A stretch of 64,000 nt of DNA from Candidatus Amesbacteria bacterium. GTDB taxonomy: Bacteria > Patescibacteriota > Microgenomatia > CAZETR01 > Amesbacteraceae. The notes under the pieces were generated by a model, which worked only from the letters and a program-made list of their open reading frames with translations, was not told the origin of the DNA and ran no database searches. Shown here piece by piece: positions 42,540 through 51,095 of this stretch. The DNA lies in assembly GCA_963736875.1 (NCBI GenBank), contig CAVTQH010000004.1, positions 88,050-152,049 on the forward strand, read 5' to 3'. The first letter of the stretch is position 1, and every line of letters begins with the position of its first letter. Both the position numbers and the translations under genes were made by a program.

Positions 42540-43125
42540 TAAACTTCCGTTTCCCATCATATTCACATAATAATTAATTTTATCTTTGATAAACCAGGTG
42601 GTCACACTCCACCAGCTTTGTTTGATATCTTCCGTTACCATATCCACTTCCGCAATTCTCACGGCCGGTAAACCCGCAACTTCTTCATTTTTCAATTTTA
42701 TGGTACCCGTGCCTGAAGCTATTTCATCGGGTTTATACCTCCAATCCATAAATTCACTGTACTTTGAAAAAGGTTGGTTTGCGGCTGGGGGAGGCTACTG
42801 CCGTTACTGATATTTCTCCGATATTTCCTACCAGATGATCTACAGTTCTTTTTATTACAGTTCTGGCTACAAAACCCGCCTCATCACTGGCTTCGACCAC
42901 AAACCACCCCACGGGAACCCTCACACTATAACCGGCTTTCAGATTCTTATAATCCTTGTATTCGATTGTTTTAACCACGTTTGGCTTCTCTTTTTTGAAA
43001 TTTACCCAGACTCCCCATCCCGCAGCAACCGCCAAAAATATTGGGATCAGTATCCAAACCCGCTTTTTCATAATAAAATTATTATAAACAAATTTTAAAG
43101 ATTTGTTATACTCACTGTTATGCAA
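42480..43125 (-). CDS. Hypothetical secreted protein (two ORFs, possible frameshift)
   Basis: MKKRVWILIPIFLAVAAG signal peptide. ORFs 42754..43125 and 42480..42749 are adjacent in different frames. Convergent with the A2M 3' end. Confidence 0.3.
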
Positions 43126-43809
43126 AAGCCTTGGATAGTTGTTTTACTCTCATTATTTGCCGCCGCACTGCTTCTGGGAATTATCATTTTTTCTCTTAAA
43201 CCTGATTCCGCAAATATCGTTAATGATCAGGTCCAAAAGACCGGATTAAATGATACAATTACTCCAACCATAACTATGCCGACTCCCGCAATAAATCCGA
43301 ATATCCAATATTTCGCAACTCTTAATACTTCGGAAGGAAAAATTGAAATAAAATTTAATCTGGGACAAACTCCTCAAACAGTAGGAAACTTTATCAAATT
43401 GGCCAAATCCGGTTTCTATAACAATACCGTTTTTCACAGAGTGATCTCGGGTTTTATGATCCAGGGCGGCGATCCTAAAGGAGACGGCACAGGAGGTCCG
43501 GGGTATACCTTTGCTGATGAACCGTTTACCGGTGAATACACTCGGGGAACTGTAGCGATGGCCAATGCCGGTCCCGATACCAACGGCAGTCAGTTTTTTA
43601 TTATGCATCAGACCCGTCCTCTGCCTAAAAACTATGTTATTTTCGGACAAGTAATTTCGGGTTTGGAAACTGTAGATAAAATTGCTTCCGCACCGGTTAC
43701 TGCCGGAAAATCCGGTGAAAATTCATCACCCGTAAATCCCGTAAAAATTCTTACGATAGATATCTCCGAAAAACCTGTCGCTTCCCCTTCTGCTGCCGTA
43801 TCCCCATAA
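43120..43809 (+). CDS. ppiB: Peptidyl-prolyl cis-trans isomerase, cyclophilin type, membrane-anchored
   Basis: FHRVISGFMIQGGDP...GTGG cyclophilin signature, N-terminal TM. Confidence 0.85.
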   Translation: MQKPWIVVLLSLFAAALLLGIIIFSLKPDSANIVNDQVQKTGLNDTITPTITMPTPAINPNIQYFATLNTSEGKIEIKFNLGQTPQTVGNFIKLAKSGFYNNTVFHRVISGFMIQGGDPKGDGTGGPGYTFADEPFTGEYTRGTVAMANAGPDTNGSQFFIMHQTRPLPKNYVIFGQVISGLETVDKIASAPVTAGKSGENSSPVNPVKILTIDISEKPVASPSAAVSP

Positions 43810-43833
43810 CCGAAAAAGAGTATACTGACACAT

Positions 43834-43992
43834 ATGGCAAAGAGATCAACCGGTGTCGGCAGACAAAAAATGTCCCATCCTCACAAGACCGCGAAACGTC
43901 TTGAAACCAAACGCCAGATGCTTTTACTGAAAAACAGCAAACACCGAAAACACAACAGAACCATCAGTGCCGGAAAGTTGAGACCAAGATAG
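43834..43992 (+). CDS. Small highly basic ORF (52 aa), possibly a ribosomal-protein-like peptide
   Basis: MAKRSTGVGRQKMSHPHKTAKRLETKRQ... Lys/Arg/His-rich. Below the ORF-table cutoff. Not matched to a specific family. Confidence 0.25.
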   Translation: MAKRSTGVGRQKMSHPHKTAKRLETKRQMLLLKNSKHRKHNRTISAGKLRPR

Positions 43993-44005
43993 GACGTTTA
44001 GAAAA

Positions 44006-44076
44006 TTATCCTTGAGCGGGTAAGGGGAATCGGACCCCTGTATTCAGTTTGGAAAACTGACGCCCTGCCATTGAGC
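44006..44076 (-). tRNA. tRNA-Gly (anticodon TCC)
   Basis: Hand fold: acceptor GCGGGTA/TACCCGC, anticodon stem TCAGT/ACTGA with loop TTTCCAA, T-loop TCCGATT. Confidence 0.8.
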
Positions 44077-44114
44077 GATACCCGCAGGTCTTCTGATTAT
44101 ACCTAAAAATATAT

Positions 44115-44825
44115 TTAAAGAAGAATAAAACTCATCAGGCTGGCGTCCAACTGCCCTTGATATTTTTCCCAGGCTGAATTCAAGGCCGTGGCGGTAATTA
44201 CATAAGCCTTACCCTTATCAATAAGTATCAGCTGCAGATTATGTAACGGATATACCCCCATGTCATACCTTGCCTCCAATATGACTCCGTCTTTTCCCCC
44301 GATTGTTTTTCTTTGTTCATTTATCAACTGATAGTTTGAAAATGACTTTGTCAAAACTTCTTTGCTGGCTGCAAGATAATCATCCAAAGTTACATCGACA
44401 GCCGCTTCGGATACGACATTGATATTTACGGAAAATTTATTTCCCGAGTCATCGTCGCTGACTGTATTAGCCACACTCACCAATGTTCCGAAGGACCCGC
44501 TTTCATCAACCCTCCAATCTTTAGGATGAGATATCTTAAATCCTCCCTTGCTGCTGGTAAATTGTTTTAACTCAACATCTCCGGTTACCGTCAAACCGCT
44601 GTCCGTAGCTTCACTAACCGGCGATAACAGTTGATTCTCTCCGGAAGGAAGGGGGGTTTCAACTTTCGATTTCTTAATATTACCCGCGATTAACTTGCTG
44701 ATCATCCATATCCCTGCTATTACGCCGGCCAATCCTACAATCCCCAGAATTATCCAGATTATCATTGCTGATTTTTCTTTGACTTCAGACTTATCGGTTT
44801 TCAAATCATAAGCATTCTTTATCAA
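44115..44825 (-). CDS. Membrane-anchored PsbP/DUF1795-like protein
   Basis: N-terminal TM after a short cytoplasmic tail. The C-terminal domain pattern (F.I.HP.DW...GS) is PsbP-like. Starts with TTG. Confidence 0.35.
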   Translation of the reverse strand: MIKNAYDLKTDKSEVKEKSAMIIWIILGIVGLAGVIAGIWMISKLIAGNIKKSKVETPLPSGENQLLSPVSEATDSGLTVTGDVELKQFTSSKGGFKISHPKDWRVDESGSFGTLVSVANTVSDDDSGNKFSVNINVVSEAAVDVTLDDYLAASKEVLTKSFSNYQLINEQRKTIGGKDGVILEARYDMGVYPLHNLQLILIDKGKAYVITATALNSAWEKYQGQLDASLMSFILL

Positions 44826-45119
44826 AATCCGATTTTGTTTCTGTAATCTCGGCTTTATCGGCTATCCCCAAGTCAAATTTGCTGGTTCCGCTGGCATCAC
44901 CGGTTGTCACAGCGACCGAACCGTCAGATTCCAAACCCGGTACTTTCAGCGCCTGGAATGCCTTTTCAATATCTTCATCTGCCCAACCGCTTTCAGCCAA
45001 TATTTTCCTAATTTCCGGATCAGTTATTCCGGCTTTAAGTTGCTCCCTGATATAGTCTACTAACTCCTGGTTCACTTCCTCAAGTTTATCATGAAAACTT
45101 TCCCAATTCCCGTATTTTG
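44806..45119 (-). CDS. Hypothetical small acidic protein
   Basis: The ORF-table ORF 44806..45222 runs into tRNA-Pro, so the real start must be downstream of 45120 (non-ATG start likely). Confidence 0.25.
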
Positions 45120-45191
45120 TCGGAGACGAGGGAATTGAACCCTCTACCTCTCGGTCCCAAACCGAGCGTTCTACCGATGAACTAGTCTCCG
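45120..45191 (-). tRNA. tRNA-Pro (anticodon TGG)
   Basis: Hand fold: acceptor CGGAGAC/GTCTCCG, anticodon stem CTCGG/CCGAG with loop TTTGGGA, T-loop TTCAATT. Confidence 0.85.
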
Positions 45192-45195
45192 TATG

Positions 45196-45280
45196 TGCCG
45201 AAGGCGGGACTCGAACCCGCATGAAGTGTTATCTTCGGGGGCTCTTAAGGCCCCTGCGTCTACCATTTCGCCACCTCGGC
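45196..45280 (-). tRNA. tRNA-Leu (anticodon TAA), type II
   Basis: Hand fold: acceptor GCCGAGG/CTTCGGC, anticodon stem GGGGC/GCCCC with loop CTTAAGA, long variable arm, T-loop TTCGAGT. Confidence 0.8.
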
Positions 45281-45303
45281 ATATACAAATTATATTATAA
45301 TTA

Positions 45304-45389
45304 TGTCGGTAATGGGCGAGTGCTGAAATTGGTATACAGGCATGCTTGAGGAGCATGTGGCCTTAATCGGCCGTGCAGGTTCAAGTCCT
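45304..45389 (+). tRNA. tRNA-Leu (anticodon GAG), type II
   Basis: Hand fold: acceptor GGGCGAG/CTCGCCC, anticodon stem CATGC/GCATG with loop TTGAGGA, long variable arm. Confidence 0.8.
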
Positions 45390-45391
45390 GT

Positions 45392-45409
45392 CTCGCCCAC
45401 CGCCTGCCG
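45392..45409. repeat. GC-rich hairpin element GCCTGCC-GGCG-GGCAGGC; its exact reverse complement recurs at 63168..63185
   Basis: 18-nt near-palindrome between tRNA-Leu(GAG) and tRNA-Leu(CAG). The inverse-orientation copy lies after rplT. Confidence 0.5.
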
Positions 45410-45425
45410 GCGGGCAGGCCCATCC

Positions 45426-45511
45426 GGGCGGATGGCGGAACGGTAGACGCGCTAGCTTCAGGAGCTAGTGACCTTAAAACGGTCGTGGAGGTTCAAATCC
45501 TCTTCCGCCCA
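45426..45511 (+). tRNA. tRNA-Leu (anticodon CAG), type II
   Basis: Hand fold: acceptor GGGCGGA/TCCGCCC, anticodon stem CTAGC/GCTAG with loop TTCAGGA, long variable arm. Confidence 0.8.
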
Positions 45512-45531
45512 CAGTACAATTGCTATAATAT

Positions 45532-45605
45532 GGACGATTAGCTCAGCTGGTTAGAGCGCCTCTCTTACACAGAGGAGGTCGGGGGTTCGAGCCCCTCATC
45601 GTCCA
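45532..45605 (+). tRNA. tRNA-Val (anticodon TAC)
   Basis: Hand fold: acceptor GGACGAT/ATCGTCC, anticodon loop CTTACAC, T-loop TTCGAGC. Confidence 0.85.
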
Positions 45606-45629
45606 CAAATAAAAAGCAAACAATCTCAA

Positions 45630-45702
45630 GCCGAGATAGCCAAGGTGGTCACGGCGGGCGCCTGAAGAGCGTCAGATTGAGGTTCGACTCCTCATCTCGG
45701 CA
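45630..45702 (+). tRNA. tRNA-Phe (anticodon GAA)
   Basis: Hand fold: acceptor GCCGAGA/TCTCGGC, anticodon stem GGCGC/GCGTC with loop CTGAAGA, T-loop TTCGACT. The D-arm is atypical (3-bp stem, 11-nt loop). Confidence 0.75.
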
Positions 45703-45737
45703 CACCCTAATTTAGCTTTGTTTATGTGTTATATTAG

Positions 45738-46454
45738 ATGTATATGGAAGAGAATACTTCCAGCGGTAGAGAATCTCCAGAAAAGATCAAGAATGATGGT
45801 TGGTTAACATATGTCAAATTAATTTTTCTCATAGCTTTATTCCTAACGATAGGAGGACTAGGAGGCTTCTCATTAGGATTCACTAGCACTAAGAAGTTAA
45901 CAGCTAGTAACCCTGCTATTTCACCCACCCCTGCTCCTTGTCCTTATGTAAGTCATATTAAGAATAATGGGTATTTGATAACAGAAAAAGAAGTTGAGGG
46001 GGGACGAATTGCTGCGTATCGCCTTGGTGATAACTTTTCAGATGATCCAGGTGTGTTCGCAATTATGTTAGATGCCGGCTCATTGCATAAACCCGTTATA
46101 TTTTCCGTCTCAAGTCCAGATTTCTCACAAGATAATTTATTTCAAATAATCGGCAAGGAATTGTGGGTGGTTAACGGCCAAACAAATAATATTGACGTTT
46201 ATTCCTATCAGGTTGAAAAGAGAAGTGGAAACTCCTTACAACTAAGTTCCTTAATCTATTTAAATTCAATAAATTTACCTAAATACAAAATTGGTGTTAT
46301 CTATTCGATATCTTGTGATGAAAAAATCTGTAACATCACTAGTGCTTTCCATCAAGAATCTGGGTGTAGGATGAACTTAAATATAAACACCAGGCAATTC
46401 TCAAATATAAATTGTGGAGGTTTAGGCGGAGACTTTAATCCAGAACCGCTCTGA
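45738..46454 (+). CDS. Hypothetical secreted/membrane-anchored protein
   Basis: 238 aa with an N-terminal TM/signal. It is the only ORF between tRNA-Phe and the duplicated tRNA-Phe 3' fragment. Confidence 0.35.
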   Translation: MYMEENTSSGRESPEKIKNDGWLTYVKLIFLIALFLTIGGLGGFSLGFTSTKKLTASNPAISPTPAPCPYVSHIKNNGYLITEKEVEGGRIAAYRLGDNFSDDPGVFAIMLDAGSLHKPVIFSVSSPDFSQDNLFQIIGKELWVVNGQTNNIDVYSYQVEKRSGNSLQLSSLIYLNSINLPKYKIGVIYSISCDEKICNITSAFHQESGCRMNLNINTRQFSNINCGGLGGDFNPEPL

Positions 46455-46500
46455 TATTAAACTCTTATTTGAATTTCTTATTGTTTTAGCCTCAAAATAG

Positions 46501-46540
46501 GTTCGACCTTACTCCAATTCTCGGCACACCCTAAATTAGA
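46501..46540 (+). repeat. Degenerate direct repeat of the tRNA-Phe 3' end and trailer (att-like)
   Basis: GGTTCGACCTTACTCCAATTCTCGGCACACCCTAAATTAG compared with the tRNA-Phe 3' end GGTTCGACTCCTCATCTCGGCACACCCTAATTTAG. TCTCGGCACACCCTAA is identical over 16 nt. Confidence 0.5.
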
Positions 46541-46614
46541 TTCATTTAATGTAAAATTAACGGGGTATGAAGAAAGGATTGTTCTTCTTCTGCATATTGG
46601 GTATTTGTTTTTGA

Positions 46615-47404
46615 TTAAATTACTTCATTCATCATTCTCTTAGTTATTCTCTATTAAACTCAATTATTTTTCTGCTGGGAATTTGGCAACTTTTTAAGTC
46701 ATCAAATATTATTTATTTACTGGGATTGGCAATAATGCCGATTTTGACATGGTACAGCAGTTCGCTTATTCCCGGTTTGGGGGTTCTTGCTTTTGAAGTG
46801 ATTATGATATGGGGGTCAAAAAGTAAAGGCGTTATCCGGACAAGTCTTCTTACCTTCTCTGCCATGATATTTTTTATATCTATGTTGCTGACCAGCGGCA
46901 TCCTGCGCTATGAGGGTTCAAAATCCGGAACTGTTAACAGAGAACAATTGTTTTTTTATCAGACCGATTCGGTAACTGCGTTGGAAAAAACTACTGGTAC
47001 TTTTCAAACAGATTTATGGGGTAAAGGAATACCTTTTACCAGGTCTAAATACGTTCATAATATGCCTGTGAGTATTTTGAACCGGTTTTTCAGAAACCTG
47101 ACCGAATTTTTATATCTGCCGAATTTTTATCAGACAATATTACTGGCAAATCTTTATCTTATCTTACTGGGAATAATCCGGACAAATAGTATTCAGGCTA
47201 AAGACATAAAAATATTACTGTATGCAGTTTTCGTCCATATTTTTAATCGTCGTGGGAGCATCATTGCACATAGGGAAAAATGCAGCGATTTACCCGCTGA
47301 TTCCCGTACTAATATTTCTTGCAGGACAGGGGAGTGCTAAAAGCAAACTGCCGGTTTATATGGGACTCTTAATATTTCAGTTACTGTTTTTGGGATGGGG
47401 ATAG
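46615..47404 (+). CDS. Polytopic membrane protein, Wzy/O-antigen-ligase-like; interrupted by an in-frame TGA upstream and a frameshift near 47230
   Basis: Hydrophobic ORFs 46615..47340 and 47222..47404. A short MKKGLFFFCILGICF peptide lies upstream in the same frame and ends at TGA 46612..46614. Confidence 0.3.
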
Positions 47405-47407
47405 TTT

Positions 47408-49015
47408 ATGAAATCTAAATTCGTTACTTTGACTTTCATTATATTTATCGTGGCATTATTTATTCGAATTGTCGGAATGGGCAAAGTACCTCCCCACTTA
47501 TCTAATGATGAGATTTCCATTGCTTACGATGCTTACTCCCTGCTTCATACCGGCCGTGACGAACATAACCACTTATTTCCGTTGTCATTTCAGTCACACA
47601 ATACATATAAAGCGCCTCTCACGGCTTATCTGCTGATTCCAACCACGGCTATTTGGGGACCTTCGGAATTGGCATCTAAATTACCTTCAGCAACACTGGG
47701 GTCGTTAACCGTTTTGATGCTGATAATCATGACATGGCAAATATTTCGTTTAAAATCTTTGGCATTATTTTCAGGAACCGTTTTAGCCATAACACCATGG
47801 CATATTTACACTTCACATATGATTTTAGAATCAAATATTGCCTTATTCTTCGTAATCACCGGAATATCATTATTTTTTAAATATCAGGAAAACCGGAAAT
47901 TGAATGTTTTAATATTTTCCATGATTTTCTTTTCTCTTTCGGTTTACAGCTATCATACGGAGTGGCTTTTTACCCCGTTGTTACTGGCGGGGATGGGATT
48001 AATATTCCGGATTAACTTAAAGTTAAAAGATATTATTACGGGAGGTTTGGTTTTCGGAATTTGCATTTTACCTCTGGTAATTGATACATACCGGCAAATC
48101 GGACAGAGCACCCGGGGTAATACCGAAGCCATCATTTACGAACCTACCCTGCAGGAGACACTGAATAATCCGCGACTTTCGCTTACATCAAAAACCCGTA
48201 CTTTGGTAAATGCCGTTATCAGCAATTATGCAAATTATTTTAATTTTGGATATCTGTTTTCGTATGGATTGGATATTCCGCCAAAACCGTTAACCACACA
48301 GTCGGGTCTATTTTTAGGCATTTTTTTACCGTATTTTTGATTGGTTTATATTCTCTATCCAGAATATCCGGGAAAAGAAAAATACTTTTTAATATTATTT
48401 CTTTTACTCGCACCGGTGATACCAGCAATGACTAAGGGCGGATCTAACTTCGTCCGGGCATTGGTGATGGTGTTACCGCTTTCCATGGTTATCGGCTCTG
48501 GGATTAATTATGTCTGGAAAAAAACAAATGATATAAAATTCAAAATCTGTCTGATAGTTCTGCCTATTGCCATCACTTTCGGATATTTCAGCCTGCTATA
48601 TTATTTTCACTATCCAATACATGCCGGTGAGAATTTTGCATATGGTTACAAACAGATAGCTGATTACATTAATTCTCATCCCGGCCAATACCAAAAAATT
48701 GTGGTTGATCCGAAATTCGGTACAAATTACGAATTTGTAGGCGTACCTCACTTATATCTCGCATATTTTACCCATTATGATCCGGAAAGATTTCTCCTTG
48801 AAAGAAAAGATTTACCTACCGGACTTTACTTTTCACCTTTCGAGATCAGGGAAATCAATTGGGGAGCAGAGAAACCCACCGTTAAAGCTTTATACATTTC
48901 TCCAACAGCAAACTTACCTGCAAATAATCGCGGGGATTTATTATCAGTCAAAACAATTTATTACCCCGATGGCCATGCGGCGTTTGAAATATTTGAAGGA
49001 ATTGCGAAGCCGTAA
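47408..49015 (+). CDS. GT39/GT83-family (PMT/ArnT-like) membrane glycosyltransferase; two collinear ORFs in the same frame separated by an in-frame TGA at 48338..48340
   Basis: N-terminal DE..Y motif (SNDEISIAYDAYSLLHTGRDE) and a multi-TM core. 47408..48340 and 48341..49015 are in the same frame (both positions are 2 mod 3), and the combined 534 aa matches the family size. Confidence 0.6.
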
Positions 49016-49020
49016 TTGAA

Positions 49021-50340
49021 TTACTTTGTCAAAATTTCTATCCAGGGTGACCAAACGGAGAGGGCATAGGTAACCGGAGTAGTCAATAAAAACCCTAGTA
49101 CTATCAATGCCATATATCCCTGTCTTACCCATTTACCCCATTTATGCATACCGAATTCGATTACTATCGGAACTAATAAATACCCGCACAATAATGCGGA
49201 AAAATAATGATACATAAAAACAACTCTGCCCACGAATAAAAATGGAACAAAAAATAATATAAATCCCAATATTGCCACTGACAGATGCTCTTTACTAATA
49301 CTCAGCCATTTTTCCCGTCGTGTACCGGACAAGATCACCCACCCGAACAACAATGCCCCCGGAACAGTTAACCATCCGATTTGATTTCCCGACAGTACAA
49401 TCACTGCATTTTTTGCCGAGTTAATAAATATCGGAATTTTTCCCAGACCCAATAACCATTCCCAGGGATGACTTGCTGATTCATGCTGCTGGTAAACTGT
49501 ATTTGCAGCAAACATGTGTACGAAGTGAGCGGGTAAATATTTAATTACATCAAATTTATTATTCATAGCCGGATACTCTATCTGAACGTAAAGTTTTTCA
49601 TAGATCGAAAACGGAATATTTTGCCTGACAGGTAACCTTCCGAAAAATATCATCCAGATTCCTAAATGAACTACCGTAATTACTGCCAGCATGACCAAAG
49701 CCTGTCTGAATTTTTTTTTATTCCCCAGTACTGCCAATGCCATGACCACAAATCCTAAGGCTATCCACTTAACGGAAATCGCAATTCCCAAAAATATTCC
49801 CGCTCCGAACAAAATCCAATTCCTGCGCCGGAATGTTTTTTTTAAAATATACAATAAAACCAGCATAACTCCTGTCATCCCGGTAAATAGCATCAGATTC
49901 TCGGGTAATATTAACCTTGAATATAAGACAAACGCATTATCCCAAGTAATCAACCAGGCTGGTATTAAAGCTAAATAGGTATTTTTATACAGTAATTTTG
50001 CCAGAATAAAAACAACTGCCGGAATCAGACAACCGATCAGTGCATTGACAATTCTCAGCGGTATATACGGAAAGTCACCGAAAATTTCATCACGGTTGAT
50101 TATTTTATTCTGATATGAAGGTGTATTACCGATACCTGCTACGGTAGAAAAAAACATTTGCGCAAAGGGGGGATGAACATCAAAATAGGGTCTTTTATAA
50201 AGATATTCAAGTATAAATGTGACACTCGCTCTCTCGTCAAAAATTATTGAATTCGGGTAATCAATTCTCGGAAATCTCAGACATCCTGCCAAAATCACAA
50301 TTATCAAAATTACTGCATAATCAATTCTTGACCACCCCAT
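49021..50340 (-). CDS. GT39-family dolichyl-phosphate-mannose-protein mannosyltransferase-like glycosyltransferase
   Basis: FDERASV...FDVHPPFAQ (the DVHPP hallmark of PMT/GT39), ~11 TM helices, 439 aa. Confidence 0.7.
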   Translation of the reverse strand: MGWSRIDYAVILIIVILAGCLRFPRIDYPNSIIFDERASVTFILEYLYKRPYFDVHPPFAQMFFSTVAGIGNTPSYQNKIINRDEIFGDFPYIPLRIVNALIGCLIPAVVFILAKLLYKNTYLALIPAWLITWDNAFVLYSRLILPENLMLFTGMTGVMLVLLYILKKTFRRRNWILFGAGIFLGIAISVKWIALGFVVMALAVLGNKKKFRQALVMLAVITVVHLGIWMIFFGRLPVRQNIPFSIYEKLYVQIEYPAMNNKFDVIKYLPAHFVHMFAANTVYQQHESASHPWEWLLGLGKIPIFINSAKNAVIVLSGNQIGWLTVPGALLFGWVILSGTRREKWLSISKEHLSVAILGFILFFVPFLFVGRVVFMYHYFSALLCGYLLVPIVIEFGMHKWGKWVRQGYMALIVLGFLLTTPVTYALSVWSPWIEILTK

Positions 50341-50376
50341 GACTTTTATTATAAATCTGTTCTGTTAAAATATTTC

Positions 50377-50429
50377 TACTGCGGGAGTAGGGGAGATGCT
50401 TCGCATCTTAACTACTCCTCCGGTAAACT
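50377..50429 (+). repeat. Duplicated 5' fragment of tRNA-Gly (CTGCGGGAGTAG) embedded in a nested hairpin upstream of the intact tRNA
   Basis: CTGCGGGAGTAG occurs at ~50379 and again at the tRNA 5' end (~50428). The intervening sequence folds as GGAGTAG...CTACTCC with an inner GATGC-TTC-GCATC hairpin. Confidence 0.45.
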
Positions 50430-50501
50430 GCGGGAGTAGTTCAGCAGTAGAATGTCTCCTTGCCAAGGAGAAGGTCGCGGGTGCGAATCCCGTCTCCCGC
50501 T
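50430..50501 (+). tRNA. tRNA-Gly (anticodon GCC)
   Basis: Hand fold: acceptor GCGGGAG/CTCCCGC, anticodon stem TCTCC/GGAGA with loop TTGCCAA, T-loop TGCGAAT. Confidence 0.85.
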
Positions 50502-50504
50502 CTT

Positions 50505-51087
50505 ATGAAATCGCTTTTACCGGTTTTAGTATTTTTTGCAGTCACGCCTGTTATTATTTTTCTTTCCGCTTCGCTTCTCCTTTCTTACTCTCAATCCGGC
50601 AATTATCCGGTATCACCTTCACCCAATAATGTATTTTCTGCCGTGGACGAAAAACCCTTTCCTGCCACCAATATTTTAGGTTACTTTTCAACGAGTGATG
50701 CCAGAGTATATATAGTAAAAAACTATCTTAAGAAATATTCATCTCCGTTAGAACCATACTCTCAAAACTTAATAAATATTTCTGATAAATATTCACTCGA
50801 TTATCGACTGCTGGTAGCCATTGCCCAACAGGAGTCCAATCTATGTAAAAAAATCCCGGAGTTATCCCATAACTGCTGGGGATATGGTATTTACGGTGAT
50901 AAAATCACCCGCTTTGACAACTATCCGCAGGCAATGGATATTGTCGCAGGTACTCTTAAGTCACAAATATATAGATATTGGGCTGGATACACCGGAAAAG
51001 ATAATGGCTAAATATACCCCGCCGTCTCTCGAAAAGGGCGGGCCATGGGCCAAAGGTGTAAACCAATTTATGAGCGATCTGGAATAA
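50505..51087 (+). CDS. Secreted peptidoglycan-hydrolase-like protein (glucosaminidase/transglycosylase-like AIAQQESN...NCWGYGIYG block); apparent frameshift near 51000
   Basis: Signal peptide MKSLLPVLVFFAV. The ORF-table ORF 50460..51011 starts inside the tRNA. The C-terminal continuation is in the +1 frame (50821..51087). Confidence 0.4.
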
Positions 51088-51095
51088 ATATTCTC

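Noticed and set aside
45410-45425. Hairpin CCATCC-GGGC-GGATGG as an independent regulatory element
   Set aside because: Its 3' arm is the 5' acceptor strand of tRNA-Leu(CAG), so the palindrome is probably incidental to the tRNA sequence.
50396-50629. ORF-table ORFs starting inside tRNA genes (50396-50629, 50460-51011 5' part, 45171-45356, 44806-45222 5' part, 22305-22505)
   Set aside because: They overlap confidently folded tRNAs. The real CDS starts were moved downstream of the tRNA (for example 50505) or the ORFs dropped.
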